64,000 bases of DNA from the human T2T-CHM13v2.0 reference genome, Homo sapiens: the NCBI RefSeq assembly GCF_009914755.1, contig NC_060926.1; one strand, written 5' to 3'. The stretch's first letter is position 1, and each line of letters begins with the position of its first letter. Both the position numbers and the translations under genes were made by a program. Below the pieces are notes generated by a model. It saw only the letters and a program-made list of their open reading frames with translations. It was not told the DNA's origin and searched no databases. This document shows positions 14,159 through 32,853 of the stretch, one piece after another.

Positions 14159-15702
14159 TGAGCCCATTGATTGCTTGGTAACATCAGGAGTATCCCAAAG
14201 AGGAGAGATGAGACCAGGGCTCACAAAGGACAAGTACAGGTAAGGGACAACTGCTAGAAGGCACTGCCTGCCCCAGCCAGCCCCAGGAACTGTAGGAGGA
14301 TGTAGAAATACTCAAGGAAAATGGCATGACAAAGTGTGGGGTCCCTGCAGAGCCAGGTCTGGGGCAGGGGCCCTGCCCTTGCTTGAATCCAAGGGTGGTG
14401 CTGGACCTGGGCTTGGTCTCCTGTCTGCCTCTCGCTAGGTGTGGAACCCAGGTAAGTCTCTACCTCTCTGGGCCTAATTTTCCTCTTCCCTAAGATAAAG
14501 ATAATGACCTCTCAGGGTTGTTGTAGAGAGTGAATAAGATATTTATTGAAGCCTTGTGATATGCATTGGAGAAAGCCCAGTGAATGAGGCACGTAAAACT
14601 TGCTTTTGTAAAATTAATAATATGTCCATGAAAATCCTGTATGCTATGAAGCCAGAAGTGTGCAGAGCAGATAATTTGCTCTCAGTAAATAAATGTAACA
14701 TTACATCGTTGCTGGCCCACACCAAGATCTTCACCCCAGGGCATGTTCCAAGCCCACCCAGTTTCTCTTTGAAGCTTCAGTGTGAGTCCATAGCTTCTTT
14801 TGTACTTTACAGGATGGGAGCGAAAGAATATGGTCCAAGTGAGAAGGGGTTCTGTTTGCCTAGCTTAATCCAAGAATGACTTTGAGAGCATCTAGATGAG
14901 AGGAACAAAAAGACTATAAGGCCCTCAGGCAATCCTTCTTAAATCTGTCTTTTTTCCATCTGAGACTTTGAGGGTGATCAGGCAGCAGTGAGTTCAAGGT
15001 TTTACTTACTGGTGAGGGCTGTTCCTTGCAACTGCAAGGATAAATGAAGATATCCCTGCTGAAACAGCGTCAGGAGACGGGGGGAGTAAAACCATAGGAT
15101 GAGTATGTACTCTACAACAATACATATGGTAGCTTCGTGTTCAATGAGGAATCCTCCTGGTGCCTTTAAAATAAATTCTACTGATCTTAACTCATCTACT
15201 TGATGAGTTATTTTTCTAGAATGCAACAATTTCTAAAGGCAATACACAATTTCATTATTCTTTCCAGCCTGTTTTCCAGCTTTCCAATAATTTTGGAAAC
15301 TGAAAAATATTTTGAAAAAATTGCTTTCCAGATATGCTTCTAAAAATCTGCGTGAATGCCAGAGATACTGTTTTTCCTTTGAACAAGTGCCTGCCATATA
15401 TCCATATGTGATGGAACACAATAATTAAAGGATAACTGAATCATAATGGGGGGTTTGCTTTATTTTCTTCTCAGTAGGAATTTTGTCTGAAATTCACTTC
15501 CTTTCATGTTTAAATGAATACATCACGTGAATTTTTGTGGAATAACTAAGGGGGAAACCAATTATATTTGCTGCAGCTATTTTTTCCTTATCCCACAATA
15601 AAGCATTGTCTCCAAGTAGAGAGTGTAAAATTGACATTTGTAGAATAAGTTTAAGTAGAGATGCCGGCTGATGTGTGATCAACACTCCAGTAAGAGTATA
15701 AG

Positions 15703-16076
15703 TGCTGTAGTTTGAATATTTGTGCCCTCCAAAGCTCATGCTGAAACTTAATCCCCAATGTGGCACTATCGAGAGGTAGAGTGTTTAAGAGGTGATTGGG
15801 TCATGAGTAATTATGGGGGTGGAACTGGTGGCTTTCTGAGAAGAGGAAGAGAAACCTGAGCTAGCACGTCAGCATGCTTGGCTCCCTCTCCATGATATAC
15901 CCTGAAACACCTCAGGACTCTGCAGAAGATCCCCATTGACAAGAAGCCTCTCACCAGATGTGGCCCCTGGACCTTGAGCTTCTTAGTCTCCATAACTTAA
16001 TACATAAATTCCTTTTCTTTACAAAGTATTCAGTTTTAGGTATTCTGTCATCAGCAAGAGAAAACAGACTAAGCAA
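15703..16076 (+). mobile_element. MSTD/MSTC-type MaLR solo LTR
   Basis: tgctgtagtttgaat..ccctccaaagctcatgctgaaacttaatcccc..caagaagcctctcaccagatgtggcccc..aaacagactaag; TSD ataag/atgag. Confidence 0.8.
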
Positions 16077-16138
16077 ATGAGGCTGTTATCTGACAAGTTT
16101 TCTTTAACTCTTTGAAGACAGTGCTGAAGGCTGGTGAT

Positions 16139-16333
16139 TGTTTTGGTTTGAATTGTGTTCCCCTAAAATTCATACATGAAGACATAGGGAGAAGATGGTC
16201 ATCTACAACACCAAGACTACTGACACCTTGATTTTGAACTTCAAACTCCCAGGACTGTGAGAAAATAAGCCTCTGTTTTTTTAAGGCAGCCAGGCTGTGA
16301 CACTTTGTTATGGAAGCCCAAGCTGACTAATCA
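16139..16333 (+). mobile_element. MLT1B-like LTR, internally deleted
   Basis: ttgaattgtgttcccctaaaattcata joined to gaagacatagggagaagatggtcatctacaa..ctgacaccttgattttg..ctttgttatggaagccc..gactaat. Confidence 0.7.
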
Positions 16334-18785
16334 GTACTTTACAGTCATACAACACAGAGTTGATAGATCCATTGAGAGATACAAATGTATTTGGGAATTT
16401 GACTTCCATGACATTTTGGCAGAATTGCAAGAATCTGTTTCTTTCTGAGTGTATTTCTGCAACAACAACAACAAGAACAACGGTAATCTCAATAGCAACC
16501 ACAGCGTCTACCACCTATTACACATTTACCAGGCATTGTACTCTGGGATTTCCGTCCATACCAGAGGAATGTCACAAAGCCTCTCAACATATCAGTGGTG
16601 CAAAACAATGCATGTTTATTTCTTGCTAATGCGTTGCCTGAGTGGGCACTCTTGGCTGGGAGGTTTCCTTTCTAGAAGTGAGTCAAAGGACCGATATGTT
16701 CCTTCCTCCTTAGGATTCTGTCCTGACAGAACCCACTACATCCAATTACTGGGGCTTGGGGGTGGAGGAGAGAAGGAGAGTATTGTGTTGCTTATAGAAG
16801 GGTTTCATGGTTCTGGTTTGGAAGTGGAGTCATCACTAGACACCCACCTTCCATGGACCAGAACTAGAGACAAGGGAGCCTGGAAAGTGTAGTCTCTGGA
16901 GAGAGGATGAGCAAACTGAGGAACAGCAAACCTGCTTTTGATACAATCCCTAAAGTTTTCTTTCTCTCCAGGTCTTATGCTTTAATAATAATTTGTTAAA
17001 GCTGAATCTTATTATTCCCCTTTTACAAATGAAATGAAAGTGAGGGTCAGAGAGAGCAAGCAGTGTCTGAGGCGATGTTTCTGGTATGTGATGGAGATAA
17101 AAGTAAAATTGTGACCCAAGTGTCTCCCAAACCTGTGTTCTTTTTATTACACCGGCATCTAACAAAATGAATTTGATAGAATATGAATTCCAAGAGATTC
17201 TTTAACAAAAGAAAAGTTTTGTGGTCAAGTACAATTAAAATACATCGCACACTACAGGCCCCCTCTTGGATATTCAACATGGGCTTTGATACGTTAAAGT
17301 ATCTGAGAACCCAGACCCAGACCCACCTAGCTCATCCGTTGGACCTCCTGGTCATAACCATGATCGGGTAACTGGTGAGTTGCTTTACAGTATAGCAGCG
17401 GCTGCCAGGACCGTGTTCCAGCACCACGACTAGCGTCTATTTTGGTTGATCGTTCACAATGTCATTAGCTTCTAGAAGCCCCACTTCCTGGGCAACATTA
17501 TTGGCTTACCTGAGATCCTGATGGGCTGCTTTGAACCCTGCCCATATTATTGTCCAGATTAATCAAGACATGGTGGACAGCACCTGGGAATAATTCTGGC
17601 ATCTGCCACCCAATCTAGTGGAGCCCCAGACCAGAGGAATTTCAACCCTGGTGAGAGAGGAGGCCTCCTTGGTGGTTTCACCGGTCCCCCAGTGGGAAAT
17701 GCCACATGAGCACTTGCATCTGTGACTGCTCCCTGTTGCCTATTATTTCCCTAAAGTTGCCCTCACACAGCTATTTTTAGTACAAAGGCTTTATTACCAA
17801 GCCAAAGATGTTGGCTCTGAGTGATCCAAGAATGGACAACCAAGTGAGTGGGTAGTCAGGGAGGCCTGTTCAGGAGCCAATTAGGCATCGTGAGCTCCAC
17901 CAGCATGCCACGGAAGCACTTCTGGGATAGGACATGAAGAAGAGCTGTGCCGGGGGATGGTTTGGGGTGAGGGATGCCAAGACTTTAGGTCTCTCTTTTA
18001 AGCAATCCTGTTGAAGTTCATCTCCATGGAATGGGAAAAATTCATCAAAAGCCACCAAAAGCTGACTTATTACAGATATTAAAAGCATTAGATTTATTAA
18101 TAAAATGAGCATTAACACTGATATATCACTTGCTCTATGCCAGGCACTTTTTGAGATGCATAATTAACTAGGTTGAATATCACAAATATCATCATTATCT
18201 TCTTTTACAGGTGAAAAAAACTGAGGTGGAGAAAAGTTATTTAAGATTTAATTATAGAGCCAGGGTTTGGCCGCAGGCTGCTGACCATAAATTGCCAACA
18301 ACCTCACTGCCTCTCAGCAAATAAGATAAGGTTTGACTTAATATCTATGACATTCCAGTAAATGATTGTTACAACTTAAGCAACAGTAAAAATATCAAAT
18401 ATATATATATACATATATCTAAGACACTTTAATATTAAATTTTAGCCTTTTTGATAAATTGGGCTATTGCTGTTGCCCAATTATTATTGGTTATGTAGAA
18501 ACTGAGAGGGTTCAATAGGAGAATGAATATTGTCAGTTTTAAGAGGAAATCTTTACAGCTTAAGATAAAATGTGACCTAATAGCTATTGATTCAATGGGA
18601 AAGTCACTAAAATAGTTTGAGGTGATTTCCTCCATGTCAAAATATGGCTCAGACAACAAGTATCAGTCATGCTACAAAAGATTGCACCAATAGAACCAAC
18701 ATTTTGGAGGTTTTTAGGACAATAAATGATTTATGCTACAACTTGTAAAACTTAATAACTAGTTTTACAGTTTAGCTTATTTAGG

Positions 18786-18811
18786 GTGTGTGTGTGTGTG
18801 TGTGTGTGTGT
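18786..18811. repeat. (GT)13 microsatellite
   Basis: Read directly from the sequence. Confidence 0.95.
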
Positions 18812-18934
18812 ACTTTAGGGGTATTTACTGTACCATTTGTTATATATTTTGAATATATACCTATGAATGTCAAATCTCACAAAAGTAGCTCTGGGTGGTC
18901 CATGAATTGACAATTATACTTTCATATCATCTGA

Positions 18935-19380
18935 TGTATTAAGTTGAATAGTGCTCCCCTTCTCCCAAACATTCATATTCATCTGAAGCCTCAGAGTATT
19001 GGGAAATAGAGTCTTTGCAGATGTAATTAGTTTAGATGACATCATACTGGTTGAAGGTGGGCTCTAAATCCAATGACTACTGTCTTTATAAGAGAAATTC
19101 AGAAACAGAGACCTGCAGACATACAGAAAGTAGAGTATTATATGAAGATGGAGGCAGAAATTGGAGTGATGCTACCTTGAGCCAAGGAATGCCAAGGATT
19201 GCTAGCAACCACCCACAAGAAGGTAGAAGAGGCAAGGAAGGAATCTCACTAGAGGCTTTGGAGGTAGCAGGCCCTGCTGACAGCTTGATTTTGGACTTAG
19301 CTTCTGAAACTGTGAGGGAATACATTTTTGTTTTAAGCTATCCATTTGTGATAATTTCCATGGCAGCCCTAGGAAACTAA
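18935..19380 (+). mobile_element. MLT1C-type MaLR solo LTR
   Basis: ggaaatagagtctttgcagatgtaattag..gaagatggaggcaga..gccaaggaatgccaaggattgc..ggcagccctaggaaactaa; TSD tctga/tctgt. Confidence 0.8.
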
Positions 19381-20479
19381 TCTGTCTGCCTCTGCACATC
19401 CTACTCATTGTTCCAGTCAAATTCAATTTCTGTCTCTTTTGGGAAGCCTTCTTCCTCCACACATTTAGATATCCCTTTTCTCTAAACCCTGAGAGGGCTT
19501 ATTGTCTTGAGAATTCCTACTCTTCCTTCAAGATTAGTGCAGACATTGCCTTTCCTGAATATTGTCAATACCTTAATAAGCATGGAGCTTTTGCTTTATG
19601 CTCCTGTAGCTCCCAGCTTTTTACCTTTATTATTATACTCATCAGGTTATTTTCATTGTTTATTTACCTGTGAGTCATCTGAATATAGAGATTATGTCTT
19701 TCATTTGTGTCTAATGTTATAGATCCTCAAGTGTGTGCTTATTGAATGATATGCATGAAGAAGCCTGGGAGACAAGGAACTTTGCTCAATTGCATTTGGC
19801 AATGGCCTAGTGATTCTTATCTTGAATTCCTTTAGACCCTGCCTTTATTTTCTCAGAGCTTGTGGACTTACAAGAAGTGTATACTTAATGTAATAAATGA
19901 TTATAACCCTGGGTCTTTTAATACCTGAAGCATCTTCAGAGAAGTTGAAAATGTATTGGAGATGCTTACAACATCCCTGTGATTTTCTGGCATATTAACC
20001 CCTATCATTTTCGTCTGCTTCCTTTAACACCTTTCCCTTAGAGTTTAGTTCTCTCATGAGTTTAAATTGTAAAGTCATTACTAAAATTGCATTAAATAAT
20101 GTTTTAGAGAGAACATTCATTGTTCCTTATTCCACTATACCTAAACCTCATGATTTTACTTTCATAATTTTTGGTTGCTCTTTTCATATCCATGCTTAAT
20201 CTTTATAACTTTAATCACAGTGTAACTATAGTCTTGTTTTGTGTTTACAGTGCATGAATGTTGCTGTTTCCTGCCCCTTTTCTGGCAGAAAATCCAATCC
20301 TCAGTCTGTTTTGTCAGTCCACTCCTCTTTCACTCTCAGTCCCTGTGGCTCTGCCGGGATGACTCCAGCCCTAGCTCTTGGTGTGGACATATAGCCCACA
20401 CTTTCTGGATTTCTGAGCAAAGAAATAGACAATATGGTTGGAATATGTTTGTCCTGATATTGGCTCTCAAGTAAACTAT

Positions 20480-21357
20480 CCATTCATTCCCACAACCTAG
20501 ATTTATTAATCCATGTATACCACAAATATCTACTGAGCACCTACTATGTAGGTTTGGATTCGGGAATGTAAGTTGAACAAATGGAAAATCTATACTCTCA
20601 TGAAACTTACAATAATTGAGGTGTGGGGAGGAAAGAGACCAAAAAAACCCCAATAAATGGACATATTATTTCAGATAGTGATGAAGTGCCATGAATACAA
20701 TAAACATGCGATGTGCTATGAAGAAAACAGAACATGGAGCTGTGGAAGTTAGTATCTGGTGTATGAGTGGGAGAAGCTAATTTAGACTAGGTGGTCAAGA
20801 AAGACATTTCTTGGGGGACAATATTAAAGCTGAGACTATGATGAAACAATAATGATGAAAAGAGCCAATCAAGCAAAGATGGGGGAAAAGCAAGAGCGAA
20901 GGACCTAAAATGAGAAGAAAATGAGCATATCTGAGGAAAAGAAGAAGGTAGGTAGTGGTAGGAGACCAACTCAGAGTAGAACGTGAGGTTTAACTCATGA
21001 GAGGGCCTGTCTGCTTTGTAAAGAGGTTGGATTTTATTCCAAGTGCAAAGCAATAGGGAGCAGCTGGGAAATTATAAGCAAGGGAACAATATGAATTGAA
21101 TTATGATAAAAATAATTTTTATGTGACTGTTGGATTGGGAGAGGGCAAGTGTAGGAGCAGTGAGGGCAGGTAGGAGGTTATTGCAGTAGTGAAGATGGTA
21201 GATGGCATTGGCTTAGAGGAAGGGGTGGCAACAGAGCTGGTGAGGAGTAGATTCAGGGTATGGTTTTGAATTAAAATTTATAGATGAATTGGCTATGGTG
21301 GCAGAGGAAGAGAGGGATCAATAAAATTAAAGCTTGAGAATACCCTTGGCTGATGGT
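20480..21357 (-). mobile_element. L2 relic, left part; host of the L1PA2 insertion, continues at about 27740-28050
   Basis: caaatatctactgagcacctactatg (reverse-complemented L2 3' end) and purine-rich L2 body; resumes after the L1 (agttcagttttg..gagtcattggtatatagatg..aaagccatg). Confidence 0.65.
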
Positions 21358-21587
21358 GACATGTTCTTTTTTTTTTTTTTTTTTTATACTTTAAGTTCTA
21401 GGGTACATGTGCACATTGTGCAGGTTAGTTACATATGTATACATGTGCCATGCTGGTGCGCTGCACCCACTAACTCGTCATCTAGAATTAGGTATATCTC
21501 CCAATGCTATCCCTCCCCCCTCCCCCCACCCCACCACAGTCCCCAGAGTGTGATATTCCCCTTCCTGTGTCCATGTGGTCTCATTGT

Positions 21588-25759
<4,172 letters not shown>

Positions 25760-25807
25760 TTATTTTGCTCGTTAGTTGATGCAGTTTCTTCCTAGTCTTG
25801 ATGGTCT

Positions 25808-26824
25808 TTACATTTTGGCATGATTTTGCAGTGGCTGGTACCGGTTGTTCCTTTCCATGTTTAGTGCTTCCTTCAGGAGCTCTTTTAGGGCAGGCCTGGT
25901 GGTGACAAAATCTCTCAGCATTTGCTTGTCTGTAAAGGATTTTATTTCTCCTTCAGTTGTGAAGCTTAGTTTGGCTGGATATGAAATTCTGGGTTGAAAA
26001 TTCTTTTCTTTAAGAATGTTGAATATTGGCCCCCACTCTCTTCTGGCTTGTAGGGTTTCTGCCGAGAGATCTGCTGTTAGTCTGATGGGCTTCCCTTTGA
26101 GGGTAACCCGACCTTTCTCTCTGGCTGCCCTTAACATTTTTTCCTTCATTTCAACTTTGGTGAATCTGACAATTATGTGTCTTGGAGTTGCTCTTCTCGA
26201 GGAGTATCTTTGTGGCGTTCTCTGTATTTCCTGAATCTGAACGTTGGCCTGCCTTGCTAGATTGGGGAAGTTCTCCTGGATAATATTCTGCAGAGTGTTT
26301 TCCAACTTGGTTCCATTCTCCCCATCACTTTCAGGTACACCAATCAGACGTAGATTTGGTCTTTTCACATAGTCCCATATTTCTTGGAGGCTTTACTCAT
26401 TTCTTTTTATTCTTTTTTCTCTAAACTTCCCTTCTCGCTTCATTTCATTCATTTCATCTTCCATCGCTGATACACTTTCTTCCAGTTGATCGCATCGGCT
26501 CCTGAGGCTTCGGCATTCTTCACGTAGTTCTCGAGCCTTGGTTTTCAGCTCCATCAGCTCCTTTAAGCACTTCTCTGTATTGGTTATTCTAGTTATACAT
26601 TCTTCTAAATTTTTTTCAAAGTTTTCAACTTCTTTGCCTTTGGTTTGAATGTCCTCCCGTAGCTCAGAGTAATTTGATCGTCTGAAGCCTTCTTCTCTCA
26701 GCTCGTCAAAGTCATTCTCCATCCAGCTTTGTTCCATTGCTGGTGAGGAACTGTGTTCCTTTGGAGGAGGAGAGGCACTCTGCGTTTTAGAGTTTCCAGT
26801 TTTTCTGTTCTGTTTTTTCCCCAT
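25808..26824 (-). pseudogene. L1 ORF1 (RNA-binding chaperone), 338 codons with one premature stop (Q144*)
   Basis: MGKKQNRKTGNSKTQSASPPPKE...RIKRNE*, then in-frame SLQEIWDYVKRPNLRLIGVPE...LQNHAKM; CAA>TAA at 26393-26395; total span 1017 nt. Confidence 0.96.
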
Positions 26825-27729
26825 CTTTGTGGTTTTATCTACTTTTGGTCTTTGATGATGGTGATGTACAGATGGGTTTTTGGTGTGGATGTCCTTTCTG
26901 TTTGTTAGTTTTCCTTCTAACAGACAGGACCCTCAGCTGCAGATCTGTTGGAATACCCTGCCGTGTGAGATGTCAGTGTGCCCCTGCTTGGGGGTGCCTC
27001 CCAGTTAGGCTGCTCGGGGGTCAGGGTTCAGGGACCCACTTGAGGAGGCAGTCTGCCGGTTCTCAGATCTCCAGCTGCGTGCTGGGAGAACCACTCCTCT
27101 CTTCAAAGCTGTCAGACAGGGACATTTAAGTCTGCAGAGGTTACTGCTGTCTTTTTGTTTGTCTGTGCCCTGCCCCCAGAGGTGGAGCCTACAGAGGCAG
27201 GCAGGCCTCCTTGAGCTGTGGTGGGCTCCACCCAGTTCGAGCTTCCAGGCTGCTTTGTTTACCTAAGCAAGCCTGGGCAATGGCGGGCGCCCCTCCCCCA
27301 GCCTCGCTGCCACCTTGCAGTTTGATCTCAGACTGCTGTGCTAGCAATCAGCGAGACTCCGTGGGCGTAGGACCCTCCGAGCCAGGTGGGATATAATCTC
27401 GTGGTGCGCCGTTTTTCAAGCCGGTCTGAAAAGCGCAATATTCGGGTGGGAGTGACCCGATTTTCCAGGTGCGTCCATCATCCCTTTCTTTGACTCGGAA
27501 AGGGAACTCCCTGACCCCTTGTGCTTCCCAAGTGAGGCAATGCCTCGCCCTGCTTCGGCTGGCACATGGTGCGCTCACCCACTGACCTGCGCCCACTGTC
27601 TGGCACTCCCTAGTGAGATGAACCCAGTACCTCAGATGGAAATGCAGAAATCACCCGTCTTCTGCGTCGCTCATGCTGGGAGCTGTAGACCGGAGCTGTT
27701 CCTATTTGGCCATCTTGGCTCCTCCCCCC
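26825..27729 (-). promoter_or_regulatory. L1 5'UTR internal sense promoter and antisense promoter; intact YY1 site
   Basis: CAAGATGGCC YY1 core at 27708-27717 (minus strand); CpG-rich, partly decayed; antisense promoter would fire on the + strand (established L1 biology). Confidence 0.8.
27280..27396 (+). pseudogene. L1 ORF0 (antisense), frameshifted after codon 36
   Basis: ATG at 27280 gives MAGAPPPASLPPCSLISDCCASNQRDSVGVGPSEPG, matching the ORF0 N-terminus, then GI* because of a 2-nt deletion (ccaggtgggatat versus consensus ccaggtgtgggatat). Confidence 0.85.
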
Positions 27730-28069
27730 GACATGTTCTGAGATAGGAAAGAACGGAGGGAGGAACAAGTTGGGTGGTGAGTGAGTCATAAGTTCAGTTT
27801 TGAGCCTGTTATATGTGAGATGTATATGAGACAGAGAATGAACAGCTTAATATATGACTCTGAATTCTTTGGGGAGATTGGGACTGGGGATATAAATTTC
27901 TGAGTCATTGGTATATAGATGTTGTTTAAAGCCATGAAACTGGATATGTTTACCTAAAGACAGTATGTAGATAAAAGAAGAAATTTAAGAAAATAGGCTG
28001 AGAACCCTCTAGCATTTCCAATGAATTGAGATGGAGAAATCAGGGTTAAGGCATCAAGAACATTATTGA

Positions 28070-30883
28070 ATCAAGAATAATTATTAACATATAGGCATTT
28101 AAGAGAAGAGTTCCAAAATGTGTGAAGCAAAAACTGACAGAATTAAAAGGAAAAACAGACATTTCAGCAATAATAGGTATTTCAATACTACACTTTCAGT
28201 AATGGATATAACAATTAGAGAGAAGATAAACAGAGAAATGGAAGATTTGAAAAACACTATAAACCAACTAGACATAACAGGTATCTATAGAGCACTCCAC
28301 CCAACAATAGCTGAATAAATTCTTCTTAAATGAGCATTGGAAATGCTACAGGATAGACCATATGTGAGGACATAAAATAAACCTCAATAAACTTACAAGG
28401 ACTGACTTCATACAAAATATATTCTTCAGACACTCTAGAATAATATTATAAATCAATAACACAATGAAATTTTGGAAGTTTAGATATGTGTGAAAATTAA
28501 ACAACACATTCCTAAATAAGAAATAGAACAATAGGGAAAAAAAGCACATAAAAAATTGGTTATTTGAAAAGACCAAAAATTTGACGAACTTTTAGCTAGA
28601 TTGACCAAAAAAATTTCAGATTACTAACATAAAACTTAAAAAGTGGATGTAACTATAGACTTTATAGAAACAAAAAAGAATTACAAAGGAATAATATGAA
28701 AAGTTATCACACCAGTAATCCTAATACTTTGGGAGGCTGAGGCAGGAGGATTTCTTAAAGTTAGGAGTTCAAAACCAGCCTGGTCAACATAGCGAGACCC
28801 TGCCTCTGCAACAAATTAAAAATTAGCTGGGCATGGTGACACATACCTGTAGTCCTAGCTACTACAGTAGAGGCTGCATTGGAAGGATTGCTTGAACCCA
28901 GGGGTTTGAGTTGAAGCAACAGTGAACTATGATTACACCACTGCACTCTAGACTGGGTGACGGAGAGACACAGTGAAACCCTGTCTCAGAAAAAAAAAAG
29001 AAAAGAAAAGAAAGAAAAGAAAAAGGAAAAATTGTATGTCAACAGATTAGACAAACTAGATAAAATAGATAATTCCTGGAAATATACAAACTATCAAAAC
29101 TGACTCAAGAAAATATAGGAAATCTAAATAGACATGTAACAAATAGTTGAATTGGTAATCAAAAAACATTTCACAAAGAAAATTCCAGGACCATGTATCT
29201 TCCCTGGTGAATTCTACAGAACACTTGAAGAATACAATGAATGAAATGCTATCCCTCACAAACTCTTCCAAAAAATAGAAGCAGAAAGAACACTTTTCAA
29301 CCCATTCTATAAAGTGATTATTACCCTGTCACTAAAACAGACAAAAAGCTTCCAGGAAAAGAATAGCACAGACCAGTATCCTTTATGTATATAGACGCAA
29401 AAATCCTCAACAAAATAATAGCACACTATATAAAGTAAAAGAGTTATATACCATGACTGACTGAATTTTCCCCAGGAATGCATGTTTGGTTTAACATGCA
29501 AAAATCAGTCAGTGTAATACACTATGTTAAGAGAATAAAGGATAAGAGCCAATTAATTAAAATTAATTAAATTAGTTAAATTAATTAAAAAGACAACAAT
29601 TAATGGAGAAAAAGCATTGGACAAAATCCAATACCATTTTATGATACAACATTAAACAAACTAGAAACAGAATGAAACTTTGTCATCATAATAAATAGCA
29701 TCTATGAAGAAACCATAGTTTCATGCTCAATATTATGAGGCCAAAGGCTTTTCTTATAACAGGAACCCAACAAGGATGTCCACTCTTGCTACTTCAATAT
29801 TGAAGTAGAGATTCTAGCTCAGGTATTTAGGCAAGAAGAAGAAATAAAATGTATCCAGATAGAAAAAAAGAAGTAAAACTATCTCTATTTGCAAATGATA
29901 TGATCTTGCACATAGAAAATCCTAAGGAAACAACAATGCTAACCAAGAAAATCCCATTAGATGTAATAAATGCGTTCAGAAATATTGCAGGATCCTGAAC
30001 AAATGTACAAAATTAATTGTATCTCTATATACTAGGAATGAATAATATAAAAATAAAATAATGTCACTAAAAGAATCATTAAAAATAATTAAATACATAG
30101 AGACAAACATCAAAAGAAGTAAATGGCTTACACACTGATTAAAGAAATTATTGTTGACAGAAATTAAGAAGTTTCTAAAGAAATGAAAAAACATTCCATG
30201 TTCATGGATTGAAATATTTACTTAAGATGGAATACTCTCCAAATTCTTCTACAGATCTAATGCAATACCATTCAAGATACCAGCTGGCTTTTTTTTCTTT
30301 AGAAATTAGCACACTGATCCTCAAATTTGTGTGGCAACACAAGGAATACAGAATATCAAAAATTTTGTCAAAGAACAAGTTAGAGGATCACATTTCTGAT
30401 TTCAAAACTTGCTGCAGAGCTACAGTAATCTCGAATGTGATGTACTGGCATAAATATAGTCACGTGGATCGATGAAATCACATGAGAGTCCAAAAATAAA
30501 CTCTCTTATTTATAGTCAGTTGATTTTTGTCAAGACTGCACAAATAATTTGATGGGAAAAATAGTCTTTCCAAGAAATGATGCTGAGATATTAAAATATC
30601 ATTGGGCTTCTGCCTCTCACCATATAAAAAATTAACTCAAAATGGATGAAAAAAACCCTAAATATAGGAGCTAGTACTATAAAACTCATAGTTATGACAC
30701 CAAAAGCAAAGTCAACAAAAGAAAAATGAAAAATTGGGCTTTGTCACCAAAATTAAACTTTTGATGCATTGAAGGATACTATCATAAGTGAAAAGACAAC
30801 CCCACTGAATAGGAGAAAACATTTGTAAGTCATACACCTGATTAGATCCTAGTATCCAGAATTTGTATAGAACTCTTACAACT
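28070..30883 (+). mobile_element. Old L1M (L1MB/M4-like) ORF2 fragment, heavily degenerate
   Basis: Residual ORF2-like peptides (REKINREMEDLKNTINQLDITGIYRALHPT; LILKFVW...VMYWHK); A-rich; interrupted by an AluJ and ends at an MLT1D. Confidence 0.85.
28708..29026 (+). mobile_element. AluJ(o)-type SINE, slightly 5'-truncated, inside the L1M
   Basis: ctttgggaggctgaggcaggaggat..caacatagcgagaccctg..cactgcactctagactgggtgac, then an (AAAAG)n tail. Confidence 0.85.
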
Positions 30884-31378
30884 TGTGGTAGACAGAATAA
30901 TGGTCCCTAAAGATTTCCAAGTCCTAATCCCTGCAGCCTGTGAATATGTTACATCAGATGGCAGATGGTACTTTGGAAGTGATTAAGATAAGGACCTTCA
31001 GATGGGGAGATTATCTTGAATTATCTGGGTGGACCCAATGTAATCACTAAGGTTATTATAAGAGAGAGGCAGGAAGATCAGAGCTGGAGAAGAAGATGTG
31101 ACAATGGAAGCAGAGGTTAGAGTCATGCAATCATGGACCAGAAGATGTGGGCAGCTTCGGGAAGCAGAAAATGGCTTGGAATGGATTCTCCATTTGAGTA
31201 TCCAAAACCTCTTCAAGTGTCCAAAACTCTAGAAGGAATGCTGCTCTGTTGGCACTTTGAATTGAGCCTAGTAAGATCCATGTTTAATTTTTGATCTTTA
31301 GAACTATAAGATAATAAATTGGTGTTAGTTTAATCCACTATGTTTAATCTGTCATAGCAACAATAGAAAACTCATATA
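30884..31378 (+). mobile_element. MLT1D MaLR 5' LTR
   Basis: tgtggtagacagaataatggtccc..gtgaatatgttac..gatggggagattatcttg..caatagaaaactcatata. Confidence 0.85.
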
Positions 31379-32720
<1,342 letters not shown>

Positions 32721-32853
32721 AATAGAGGGTATAGGATTTTCTTTTGAGAGTTACAAGGTAATATGAGTATAAATAACAGTAAGAACAGCAATGGCAGCAA
32801 GAGGTGTCATTTACTGAGTGCACTCTAGACAACATTCTGTGTGTGTTTTATAT

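Noticed and set aside
14445-14460. Consensus splice donors (CAG|GTAAGT here; also near 7790, 14240, 53656)
   Set aside because: Isolated donors are expected by chance; no paired acceptor or ORF gave a credible exon.
16449-16892. 147-aa + strand ORF
   Set aside because: Spans an (AAC)n tract and MIR/LTR-like relics; no recognisable protein family.
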